NCBI GenBank assembly: GCA_965224245.1
Contig: OZ245046.1
Span: 4,000,001-4,064,000, forward strand
Direction: 5' to 3'
Length of the DNA: 64,000 bases
From: Candidatus Eiseniibacteriota bacterium
GTDB lineage: Bacteria > Eisenbacteria > RBG-16-71-46 > CAZAMP01
In this document: in pieces, positions 20,092 to 28,810 of the stretch
Position numbering within the stretch: the first letter of the stretch is position 1
Layout: every line of letters begins with the position of its first letter
The notes under the pieces: generated by a model
Seen by the model: only the letters and a program-made list of their open reading frames with translations
Told to the model about the DNA's origin: nothing
Database searches by the model: none
Made by a program: the position numbers and the translations under genes

Positions 20092-21972
20092 ATGGATCCA
20101 GATCGAGCGCCGGCACCCAGCACGTCCGACGGGCGTCGAGGGGACGCGCGCGTGATCGATCTGGTCGTGTTCCTGGCCGCGCTCCTGGCCCGGCTCGCTC
20201 ATCTGTGGGCCTTCACGGCCCTGGCCTTCTACCGGCTTCCGTTCGGAGACGCCGCGACCTTCGCGCGCGAGGCGGCCGGATTCCTCGGCGGCGGCCTGTT
20301 CACCCGCGGCGATCCGTTCTTCCAGGGTCCGCTGTATCCGCTCGTGCTGGCCGCGATCGGCCTCGCGTCGCTGCCGGTGACCGGCATGTACTGGCTCCAG
20401 GTGGTCATCGGATCGGTGACCGCGGTGATGGTGGCCCGGATCGCTCGCCATCTCGTGCGCCTGCCCTGGGCGGGGCTCGTGGCGGGTCTGGCCTACGCGT
20501 TCTACGACGCGGCGATCTTCTTCGACGCGGACCTCCTGGCGGTGTCGCTCGTGACGTGCCTGGCCGCGACCGCGCTCGCGCTCACGACGCGGGCGCTCAC
20601 CGCACCCGAGGAGGCGGTCGGACGCGCCCGGGTGGTCGCGATCGGCGTGCTCTTCGCGCTGTCGGCCTGGGGACGGCCGAATCTCGTGCTGCCGGTCGTG
20701 CTCGTGGTGGGATGGCTCGTCTTCCGGGCGCCGTGGCCGGGAGCGAGACGGCGGCTCCTCGCGCTGTCCGCGCTCACGGTGCTCCTGATGCCGCTGGTCC
20801 GGAACACGATCGTCTCCGGGGATCCGGTGTTCATCGCGTCCAGCGGCGGCGTCAACTTCTTCATCGGCAACCACTCCGGTGCGACCGGCACGTTCCGCAT
20901 CCCGCCCGGGTCCGGGCTGGCCAACGACACCGAGCTGGATCGGATCTCGCGCGCCGTGGCCTCCCGGATGGAAGGCCGGCCGCTGAGCGCGGCCGAGACG
21001 TCTCGCTACTGGTTTCGCCGCGGCCTCGACGCTCTGACGGCGGATCCGATCGCGGCGGCGAGGCTCGTGGGCCGGAAGCTCGTCCTGTGCCTGAACGCCG
21101 CGGAGATCCCGAACCATCTCGACCTGACGTTCGTCCGCGAGTACTCGCCGGCGCTCCGCTTCGCGCCGGTCCGGGCGTGGATGCTGCTCGCGCTGGGGGC
21201 GGCGGGCATGTGGCTCCTTCGCGGGTACCGCGGCGCGACCGCGCTTCAGCTGTTCGCGGCCGGGAACGTCCTGTCGATCCTCCCGTTCTTCGTGACGGCG
21301 CGCTTCCGCCTGCCGATGATGCCGGTGTTCGCGGCGTTCGCCGGGTCGCTCGCCGTGTGCGTCGTCCACGCCGCTCTCCGCCGCACGATCCCGGCACGCG
21401 ACTGGGGTCTCACCGCGGGAGTGGGCGTCGCGGTGACGGCGCTGTCCCTCGCGACGCGACTACCCGCCGCCAGCCACGCGGTTGCCCACGTCAACCTCGG
21501 CGCGCTGCATGCCGAGCTGGGTCAGACCGAGCGCGCTCGACGAGAGTTCGAGGCGGCGCTCGCGCTGGAGCCGCGCGATGTCCGCGCGCTGGAGAACCTG
21601 GCCGTCCTGGACGTGCGCGCGGGCCGCCACGAGGCCGCGCTCGAGCGGGTGGACGCGGCGCTCACCGGCGTGCCCGAGTCGTTCCGGCTGCACAACCTGC
21701 GGGGAATCGCGCTCGGAGAGCTCGGCCGGTACGACGAGGCGCTGGATGCGTTCGATGCCGCGCTCGCGCGGTTCCCGGGGTGGCCGGAGGCCCGTCGCAA
21801 CATCGAGCTGACGTGGTCGCACTATCTCGCCCACGTGCGTCGACTCGGTCGCGAGGCCGGTCTGCCCGACCCCATCGATCCGGAGTCGAAAGGCCGGTGG
21901 GTCTCGTTCCTGGAGGGCAGAGGATTCCGGCGTGCGGCCGAGCGATTCGCGCGTGAGGCCACGGCCGGCTGA
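20092..21972 (+). CDS. GT-C (ArnT/PMT-like) glycosyltransferase with C-terminal TPR repeats
   Basis: Polytopic N-terminal region (GDAATF, PLYPLVLA, RPN, GGVNFFIGN, FFVTARFRLP) followed by TPRs (AHVNLG, ALENLA, HNLRGIAL). Confidence 0.8.
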   Translation: MDPDRAPAPSTSDGRRGDARVIDLVVFLAALLARLAHLWAFTALAFYRLPFGDAATFAREAAGFLGGGLFTRGDPFFQGPLYPLVLAAIGLASLPVTGMYWLQVVIGSVTAVMVARIARHLVRLPWAGLVAGLAYAFYDAAIFFDADLLAVSLVTCLAATALALTTRALTAPEEAVGRARVVAIGVLFALSAWGRPNLVLPVVLVVGWLVFRAPWPGARRRLLALSALTVLLMPLVRNTIVSGDPVFIASSGGVNFFIGNHSGATGTFRIPPGSGLANDTELDRISRAVASRMEGRPLSAAETSRYWFRRGLDALTADPIAAARLVGRKLVLCLNAAEIPNHLDLTFVREYSPALRFAPVRAWMLLALGAAGMWLLRGYRGATALQLFAAGNVLSILPFFVTARFRLPMMPVFAAFAGSLAVCVVHAALRRTIPARDWGLTAGVGVAVTALSLATRLPAASHAVAHVNLGALHAELGQTERARREFEAALALEPRDVRALENLAVLDVRAGRHEAALERVDAALTGVPESFRLHNLRGIALGELGRYDEALDAFDAALARFPGWPEARRNIELTWSHYLAHVRRLGREAGLPDPIDPESKGRWVSFLEGRGFRRAAERFAREATAG

Positions 21973-22252
21973 CCCCCGCGGCCGGCCCCGGCACGCGCTC
22001 GGCGGCCCTGCGGTGGGCCGGAAGCCCGCTTTCCAAATTCACGAGATCGCCGACCCTGACGCGCCGATCGGAGATCGGTCCACGGATGCCCCCCACGCCC
22101 GCGGCGAGATCCGCAAGTCGTTGCGAATGGGACCCATCGAGAGAACGCCACGCGACCCCGCCGGGGCCCCGGGGACGAAAATGTCGATCTCGAGGGTCGC
22201 ATCGGGCGGAAATTCGGTGGCTCTCCGCCCCGGCGCGTAGTAGACTCCCTCT

Positions 22253-22365
22253 CGCATGGCTGACTTCACGATTTCGCCCCCTGGTGTTCTCGTGGATCTC
22301 GTCACCTGAGAATTAGGTGGTTCGGTCCCTTGAGATTCACGGTTTCCCGGGGGGCTTTTTCGTGG
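22253..22365 (+). ncRNA. Candidate structured RNA (sRNA or cis-acting leader), family not recognised
   Basis: Four nested helices; three contain a G-U pair that is valid only on the + strand. A -10-like TAGACT lies at 22241-22246 and T5 at 22356-22360. Confidence 0.5.
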
Positions 22366-22394
22366 CCCCGAACGTCCCATCCCGAGCGCGCCCG

Positions 22395-23252
22395 ATGACG
22401 ACGACACCTCCTCGACGACCGGCGGATCGGCTGATCATCCGCTGGCGAGGCCGGACCGCGCTGGTCGCCGAATCGGAGTTCGAGGCCCTGGTCAAGGCGG
22501 GGCTCATCCCGCCCGACGCCTGGGTCGTCTCCCCCACGTACACCCGCGGCCACGCCATCCAGGCCGACGACATGGAGGTCTTCCACCTCTGGAAGCCGGA
22601 CGACGAGCCCCCCAGCCCACCCGAGCCGTCGGTCTTCTCGGACATTTACTTCGCCCGGCCGATCTCGCTGACGCTGGTCCTGATCGCGGCCAATCTGGCC
22701 GTGGCCGCGGCGCTGATCCTGCGATGGGGGGAGGCCTACCCCTACGCACTCCGGCACTGGGCCGGCGAGATGAAGCCCGCGGTCGCCCATCTCGGCGATC
22801 TCGTGCACCTCGGTCCGCCGGTCTTCGTCCACGCGTCGCCGGCGCATCTGTTTGGCAACCTCTTGTACCTGTTCGTGTTCGGAGCATGGGTCGAACGAGT
22901 GTTCGGTGCGCTGGGCATGGCCGTGATCTATCTGGTCGCCGGCTACGCGGGGGCGATCGCGTCGTACCTGCTGCTGGATCACCCGGCGCTGTCGGTGGGC
23001 GCGTCCGGGGCCATCTTCGGGCTCATCGGGGCAACGTTCGTGTACCTCGTCCGGCACCACCGCGAGTTCCACCGACGTCTGGCCTGGCGGGCTCGCCGGA
23101 TCTACATCCCGCTCGTGATCGCGGTGGCCGCGTACTCCCTGACCGGCGGCAATCTCTGGGCGCACGGCGGCGGTCTCGTCGGTGGCGCGCTGGCGGCCTG
23201 GCTGATCGACGTCGTCTTCCCGCGTCGCGACGTCTTCGCGTCCGATCGGTAG
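22395..23252 (+). CDS. Rhomboid-family intramembrane serine protease
   Basis: FVHASPAHLFGNL, catalytic VGASGAIFG, AHGGGL. Confidence 0.92.
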   Translation: MTTTPPRRPADRLIIRWRGRTALVAESEFEALVKAGLIPPDAWVVSPTYTRGHAIQADDMEVFHLWKPDDEPPSPPEPSVFSDIYFARPISLTLVLIAANLAVAAALILRWGEAYPYALRHWAGEMKPAVAHLGDLVHLGPPVFVHASPAHLFGNLLYLFVFGAWVERVFGALGMAVIYLVAGYAGAIASYLLLDHPALSVGASGAIFGLIGATFVYLVRHHREFHRRLAWRARRIYIPLVIAVAAYSLTGGNLWAHGGGLVGGALAAWLIDVVFPRRDVFASDR

Positions 23253-23331
23253 TGCCCCCGCACTGGCGCCCGCCCCGGACGTTGGGCATAGTGCAGCCGT
23301 TCACTGGGCAAGGCCGAGCGACGGAGGTTCG

Positions 23332-24006
23332 ATGCCGGTGAGACGGGACGTGCTCGCGCTGGTGCCCGCCTACAACGAGGCCGCGCACATCGGCGAGGTC
23401 GTGCGACGCGCGCGCGAGCACCTGGCGGTGGCGGTGGTGGACGACGGATCGGCAGACCGCACCGCGGCCGTCGCGGCCGAGGCCGGCGCCGAGGTGCTTC
23501 GCCAGCCCCGGAATGCGGGCAAGGGCGCCGCTCTCCTGCGCGGGCTCCGGTACGGCGTCGATCAGGGCTACGACGCCGTGGTCACGCTGGATGCCGACGG
23601 ACAGCATCGCCCCGAGGAGATCCCCCGGTTTCTCGAGCTGTTCGACCGGGAGCATCCGGACCTGATCATCGGGTTTCGTCAGTTCGCCGAGATGCCCCGC
23701 GTCCGGCGCCTGGCCAACACCGTGGGGACGTGGCTGTTCAGCCGGGCCGTGGGCACGCGCATTCCGGACAACCAGTCCGGGTATCGGCTCCTGTCGAAGA
23801 GCTTCATCGGGGCGCTCGACTTCACGAGCGCCGGCTTCGAGATGGAGGTCGAGATGATCGTGCAGGCCGTCCGCGCCGGGCGCGCGATCGGCTGGGTGCC
23901 CATCTCCACGATCTACGGGGACGAGGTGAGCCACTTCAGCCCCGTGCGCGACACGATCGGATTCCTCGGCACGTGCGCGCGCACGTGGAGACGCGTCCAC
24001 CGCTGA
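23332..24006 (+). CDS. GT2 glycosyltransferase, DPM/polyprenol-phosphate-sugar synthase-like
   Basis: VPAYNEA, VDDGSADRT, GKGAAL, TLDADGQH, DNQSGYR. Confidence 0.92.
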   Translation: MPVRRDVLALVPAYNEAAHIGEVVRRAREHLAVAVVDDGSADRTAAVAAEAGAEVLRQPRNAGKGAALLRGLRYGVDQGYDAVVTLDADGQHRPEEIPRFLELFDREHPDLIIGFRQFAEMPRVRRLANTVGTWLFSRAVGTRIPDNQSGYRLLSKSFIGALDFTSAGFEMEVEMIVQAVRAGRAIGWVPISTIYGDEVSHFSPVRDTIGFLGTCARTWRRVHR

Positions 24007-24055
24007 TCACGGATGAGACGGCGGACACCGGGAGACGCGTCCACCGCTGATCACG
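23987..24055 (+). repeat. Perfect 25-bp direct repeat duplicating the 3' end of the GT2 gene
   Basis: GGAGACGCGTCCACCGCTGATCACG at 23987-24011 and 24031-24055, separated by 19 bp. Confidence 0.9.
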
Positions 24056-24065
24056 CCGGGCGCGG

Positions 24066-25877
24066 CTAGCGGTAGAGCCGCAGTCGATCTCCGGGCTTGA
24101 TCAGCGTGTCCTTGCGGCCCAGTCCGTTCCAGTCCCGGATGTTGGCCACCGTGGTGCCGTACCGGTAGGCGATCGCCCAGAGGGTCTCGCCCCGTGCCAC
24201 CTGGTGGATGATCGGATTCCCCACCGGGGTGGACTCCCACACGATGAGACGGTCGCCCGGGCGGATCACGCGACCCACCGACGGATTCAGCTCGCGAACC
24301 CCGTCGACGGTCATGCCGAAGCGGTTTGCGATGCCCCAGAGCGTGTCGCCGCGCCGGACGCGATACGCCGTCATCGACCGGACGGGGCTGTCGCCGCCGG
24401 CGACCGCGGTGCCCCCGCCGGACGGAGTGTCGACCGAGTCGGTCCGTCCGCCGGGCGCCGCGTTCGCGACTCCGGAATACAGGACCAGCGACTGACCGGC
24501 TCGCACCGAGTGCGGGTTCGAGATGTGGTTCCACACCTGGATCGCGCGCACCGTCGTGCCGTAGGCCCTCGCCACGTGGCTCAGCGTCTCGCCTCGGCGG
24601 AGCGTGTGGCGGACGCGATCGCCCTGGGCCGCCAGCGAGGCCGCCGCCCACGAGGTGCCGCCCGCTCCGGTGGGAATGAGGAGCGTCCGGCCCTCGCGGA
24701 TCATCGTGCGCTTGCCCATGTTGTTGGCCAGCTGAATCGCGCCCACCGTCGTGCCGTACCGTCGGGCCAGGCGTCCGAGCGTGTCGCCGCGCCGGACGCG
24801 GTGTCGGTCGTACAGTCGCCGCTCCTCGGGCGGGATCTGCGCGATGGCCTCCTCGAACACGCCCGACGTGCCCCGCGGGAGACGCACCTCGTACGGGTGA
24901 TGCCCCGGCGGGGTCTGACGCGCGATCAGGGCCGGGTTCAGGAGGCGAATCTCGCTCGCCGTCACGCCCGCGCACCGCGCGACCACGTCGAGATGGGTCA
25001 CGGTCTCGACGGTGACGGTCTCGAAGTCGAAGGGCTCGTCGTAGGCGACGTCGGTGAAGCCGAACTGCTCGGGATCGTTGGAGACCACGATGGCCGCCAG
25101 GATCGCCGGGACGAAGTTCTTCGTCTCGCGCGGGAGATACCGCGAGCGCGCCAGCGCCCAGAAGTCGTTCTCGCCGGTGCGTTTGATCGCCCGGCGGACC
25201 TTGCCCTCGCCCGAGTTGTACGCGGCCATGGCCAGGTACCAGTCCCCGAACTCGGCATGAAGGTCCTTCAGGTACCGGGCCGCGGCACGTGTCGATCGCT
25301 CGGGATCGAGCCGCTCGTCCGCGAACTCGTTGCAGACGAGTCCGTAGCGCCGTGCCGTGCCGCGCATGAACTGCCACAGACCGATGGCGCCCACGCGCGA
25401 GCGCGCATTGTGCCGGTAGCCGCTCTCGACCATCGCCATGTGCGCCAGGTCCCGAGGGACGCCCTCCTCGTCGAAGATCCGGTGGATCATCGGGATGACG
25501 CGGCCCGACCGGGCCAGGACACGCCGCACCCAGTCCGCCTGACCGTCCGCGTACCGATCCAGGAACACGCGCACCCGGTTGTTGACGACGACCGGGATGT
25601 CGTAGACGGGCTCGACCGTGGCCACGTCGGGCGTGTCGAACGCGGTGTCGGAGTCGGCGTCGACCGGCTCGAGGTCGGTCGAGACGAGGCTGTCGAGCGG
25701 CGAGGCGACCGTGAGGTCCTCCAGCCAGGCGCTCTCGGAGGCGTCCTCGACGTCCCAGGGTCCCGCGTCCCCGGACGGGGCGGCGGCGACGTCGATCTGA
25801 TCGGGCGGAGGGTGGTGGGCACAGCCGAGAACGATCAGGGTCCCGACGAGACAGACGGATCGAGCGGATACGGGCAT
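24066..25877 (-). CDS. mltD: MltD-like lytic murein transglycosylase lipoprotein with multiple LysM domains
   Basis: Lipobox VLGC; SLT motifs MVESGY, GLWQFM, AAYNSGEG, PRETKNFVP; four clear LysM repeats (GDTL/GETL). Confidence 0.9.
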   Translation of the reverse strand: MPVSARSVCLVGTLIVLGCAHHPPPDQIDVAAAPSGDAGPWDVEDASESAWLEDLTVASPLDSLVSTDLEPVDADSDTAFDTPDVATVEPVYDIPVVVNNRVRVFLDRYADGQADWVRRVLARSGRVIPMIHRIFDEEGVPRDLAHMAMVESGYRHNARSRVGAIGLWQFMRGTARRYGLVCNEFADERLDPERSTRAAARYLKDLHAEFGDWYLAMAAYNSGEGKVRRAIKRTGENDFWALARSRYLPRETKNFVPAILAAIVVSNDPEQFGFTDVAYDEPFDFETVTVETVTHLDVVARCAGVTASEIRLLNPALIARQTPPGHHPYEVRLPRGTSGVFEEAIAQIPPEERRLYDRHRVRRGDTLGRLARRYGTTVGAIQLANNMGKRTMIREGRTLLIPTGAGGTSWAAASLAAQGDRVRHTLRRGETLSHVARAYGTTVRAIQVWNHISNPHSVRAGQSLVLYSGVANAAPGGRTDSVDTPSGGGTAVAGGDSPVRSMTAYRVRRGDTLWGIANRFGMTVDGVRELNPSVGRVIRPGDRLIVWESTPVGNPIIHQVARGETLWAIAYRYGTTVANIRDWNGLGRKDTLIKPGDRLRLYR

Positions 25878-25920
25878 CTAGCGCTCCGTGAAAGGGTGCC
25901 GTAGAGCACGGGGGAACGGG

Positions 25921-25950
25921 AGACTAACGACGTGGGTTTCGCCGAGTCAA
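25921..25950 (-). promoter_or_regulatory. Putative sigma70 promoter for mltD
   Basis: Minus strand TTGACT-N18-TAGTCT, about 45 bp upstream of the ATG. Confidence 0.55.
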
Positions 25951-26215
25951 GGCGCCGCCTCCGGTCGCCGCCCGGTCGAGTCCAGGTCATGTGCCTTCAT
26001 ACCGTATTCGTCGGCGAGATGTCCCCTGTGGTTTATCCGTGGCGACCCTGGAGGGGGCTCGGGACGGTGCGCCTCCGCGCCGGCTGCGGGCCCAGCGGGG
26101 CGGCGCGCCCTGGATCGGTGGCTGAGCTCGGCCACCGAGCTTCTGTCTCGATGCGCATGGGGCCGGCCGGGTCCCGGGGACGGCCGTCGAGGCGCGCGGG
26201 CCGAGCCGTGGAGTG

Positions 26216-26551
26216 TCAGTGTTGAACGAGGCCCGGTCCCATGGAGTCGTCCTCGAGTCGGCGATCGTATGCGCGAAGAATGGTGTCCTCGAGGTATGAG
26301 CGGAAATCGCGATTGATCGGATGGCACACATCGGTTTGCTGACCGGACGGGTTTCGACGCGTCGGCATCGCGACGAAGCGGCGTCCACCCGCCTCGATGA
26401 TCTTGACGCCGTGCACGACGAAGTTGTCCTCGAACACGATCGTGACGAAGGCCTTGAGGCGGTCCTCGTTGACCGGCTGCACATTGACTTCCGTGATGCG
26501 CGGGGAAGGCTCGTCCCCGCCACGTCCGTGGTCGCCGGAGCCGAGACTCAT
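26216..26551 (-). CDS. spoVG: SpoVG-family nucleic-acid-binding protein
   Basis: ITEVNV...LKAFVTIVFEDNFVVHGVKIIE...FVAMP...DVCHPIN..FR..LE..IL.AY; AAGGAG RBS before ATG 26551. Confidence 0.9.
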   Translation of the reverse strand: MSLGSGDHGRGGDEPSPRITEVNVQPVNEDRLKAFVTIVFEDNFVVHGVKIIEAGGRRFVAMPTRRNPSGQQTDVCHPINRDFRSYLEDTILRAYDRRLEDDSMGPGLVQH

Positions 26552-26614
26552 GAGACACTCCTTTCGGGCCACCACCACCAGCATTCACATTTATCGCATC
26601 TCGGCACGATGAGG

Positions 26615-26643
26615 GTCATAACCGGCAAGTGCCCGTATGTCAA
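26615..26643 (-). promoter_or_regulatory. Putative sigma70 promoter for spoVG
   Basis: Minus strand TTGACA-N17-TATGAC. Confidence 0.55.
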
Positions 26644-26949
26644 CCGCCTGCGATGTTCGAAGGCGAATGATGCCACAGTCGCCGGTCCACTTAGCAAGCC
26701 ATTTCTAACCGCCCCTCTCGTTTGGGGTATTCGCACACTTCGCAACGTGTTAGCGATCTCGACGCTCGGTCGACATCCACCGTCGCTCGCGCGTGACCGA
26801 ACGATGTTCGCCTCGTGCCCCGCGCCTTCTGCTGTCGCGGCCAGGCCGGGTGTGGTATGAGTTGCGGCACTCCTTCGACCTCGTCAAGTCTCTGTCCGCG
26901 CCGCGCGCCCGTGCTGTCCACGGCGCGCTCCTCGAACGACACGGAGCCG

Positions 26950-28071
26950 ATGCACACGATGTGGTCAGGTCATGGATGGGAGCCGTCGCCAGGTCGAGCG
27001 TTCGCCGCGTGCGCGGCGGCGATCGGGCTCGCGCTGTGCGGGTGTGCCGTCGACGGCACCGTCACCGTTCGCAACAGCTCGGGGACCGAGTTCCTGGGGA
27101 CCCTGAACGGGTTCGGCTTCGCGCTATCGGGAAGCGAGTCGATCGAGATCCCGGTCAAGATCGGCACGCGCATGCTGTTCATCGGTCCGGACACGAAGGA
27201 GGTCACGATCGAGGGCGAGTCGTGCACGCGCACGCCGTTCTCGGACGTGATCCGCGTCAGGAGCGGCGACACCGTCGTCTACGAGATCGAGCCCGACGCC
27301 TCGTGCATCGTGTGGCGAAACGACGCCCAGTCCGCCGACGTCACCAGTGCGTTCCGGCGCGACGCCGGCCCGCTCCAGGGCGCATCGATCGTCGAGGAGG
27401 CGGGGACGCCGGTCGGCACGATGGTCCGCCACTTCACCTCCCCGATCGTCGGGGCGCCGGCGGCCGTCTCGCTGGAGTTCGCGTTCGCCATTCCGTTCGG
27501 CGGCTCACGCGAGGGGAGCACGTTCGACGTGGTCCTGTATGCACACGACGCCGCGTCGAACGGTCCCGGCGAGGAGCTCGCGAGGCGAACCGGGCTCGTG
27601 ACCGGGTTCCTCGAGGAGGCGCCCGACTTCACGATCGTCAAGACGGGCCTTCGCCGCGTCGAGATCCCGGCGGCCGACTTCTGGGCCGGCTTCGAGCCCC
27701 ACTGGGCAGGTGAGGATCCGGAGTGGCGGATCATGTTCGACGTCGACGGAGCCCCGCCCGCCAGGTCCGACCGACTCCTGAACGACGCGTCGGAGTGGGT
27801 GGACGTCTCGACGCTGGCCGAGTACGGCGCGCTCCGGAACCTCGGCATCCGCTGCTCGGTGGCCGAGCCGATCTGGGGCGAGAACCGCTTCGACTCACCC
27901 CTGTTCCGGTTCACGACCCTCAGCGAGCGCACGGCACCGGGACGCTACGACTTCTACATGGCCGACGACTGCGGCGACACGACGTTCGTGTTCGGGATCG
28001 ATGCACCGGCCGGCTCACGCCGGGACATCGCGCACACCGGCTCGGCGGACGGTAGCTGCGGCGGGTTCTGA
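26950..28071 (+). CDS. Hypothetical exported lipoprotein (beta-rich)
   Basis: GGAG RBS before ATG 26950; hydrophobic stretch ending in LALCGC; coding-like third-position GC bias; the next gene starts 6 bp downstream. Confidence 0.65.
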   Translation: MHTMWSGHGWEPSPGRAFAACAAAIGLALCGCAVDGTVTVRNSSGTEFLGTLNGFGFALSGSESIEIPVKIGTRMLFIGPDTKEVTIEGESCTRTPFSDVIRVRSGDTVVYEIEPDASCIVWRNDAQSADVTSAFRRDAGPLQGASIVEEAGTPVGTMVRHFTSPIVGAPAAVSLEFAFAIPFGGSREGSTFDVVLYAHDAASNGPGEELARRTGLVTGFLEEAPDFTIVKTGLRRVEIPAADFWAGFEPHWAGEDPEWRIMFDVDGAPPARSDRLLNDASEWVDVSTLAEYGALRNLGIRCSVAEPIWGENRFDSPLFRFTTLSERTAPGRYDFYMADDCGDTTFVFGIDAPAGSRRDIAHTGSADGSCGGF

Positions 28072-28077
28072 CCGGCG

Positions 28078-28794
28078 ATGGAGCTTCGCGCGGTCACGTT
28101 GCAGAGCCCCGATCCGGCGGCATCGGCCGGCTTCTACGCCGACCGGCTCGGACTCGAGACCCTCGTCGCCCGGGAGGCGGACGGCGTACGTACGCGTCAC
28201 GGGGTCGTGCTCGGTCGGTCCGTGCTGTGGTTCACGCCCGGCGATGCCGGTCCCGCCCATCACGTGGCGATGAACGTCGCCGAGCACCGGTTCGACGACG
28301 TGCTCGGGTGGATGCGCGAGCGGGTGACCGTGCTCGCCGACGATCGCGATCCGCCGTACCTGTTCGCGAGCTGGAACGCGCACTCGGCCTACTTCCTCGA
28401 TCACGACGGCAATGTGATCGAGTTCATCGCGCGACACGCGCTGCCCTCGACGTACGCCGGGCCGCCCGGGCCGGCCATCGTGGAGTCGATCAGTGAGGTC
28501 GGGCTGCCGGTGAGCGACGTCGGTCCCGCCATCGCATGGCTGTCGGCGCGGCTGGACCTGCCGCACTTCGACGTGACGGGGAATCGGTTCGGCGCCATCG
28601 GAGACCACCACGGACTGCTGATCGTGGTGCCGACCGATCGGAGCTGGTACCCGACGACGATACCGTCGCGAATCCGCCCGATCACGATCGAGACGCCGGG
28701 ACTCGAGGACGACCTCGTGGCGCTCGCGGACCACCCGTACGAGATCCGGGTCTCCGCCTCCCCGTCCGGTCGCGGACGGGGAGGCTCGAGCTGA
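28078..28794 (+). CDS. VOC/glyoxalase-family protein
   Basis: FYADRLGL, HHVAMNV, SAYFLDHDGNVIEFIAR, ISEVGL. Confidence 0.85.
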   Translation: MELRAVTLQSPDPAASAGFYADRLGLETLVAREADGVRTRHGVVLGRSVLWFTPGDAGPAHHVAMNVAEHRFDDVLGWMRERVTVLADDRDPPYLFASWNAHSAYFLDHDGNVIEFIARHALPSTYAGPPGPAIVESISEVGLPVSDVGPAIAWLSARLDLPHFDVTGNRFGAIGDHHGLLIVVPTDRSWYPTTIPSRIRPITIETPGLEDDLVALADHPYEIRVSASPSGRGRGGSS

Positions 28795-28810
28795 GATCCG
28801 GTCGCCCGCG

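Noticed and set aside
22310-22331. AATTAGGTGGTTCGG as a T-box, or CTGAGA as a TPP riboswitch
   Set aside because: It lacks the UGGNACC bulge and stem I, other TPP elements are missing, and the downstream gene is not a typical target.
23987-24055. 25-bp repeat with a 19-bp spacer as a CRISPR array
   Set aside because: Only two copies, a short spacer, the first copy is coding sequence, and there is no leader or cas gene.
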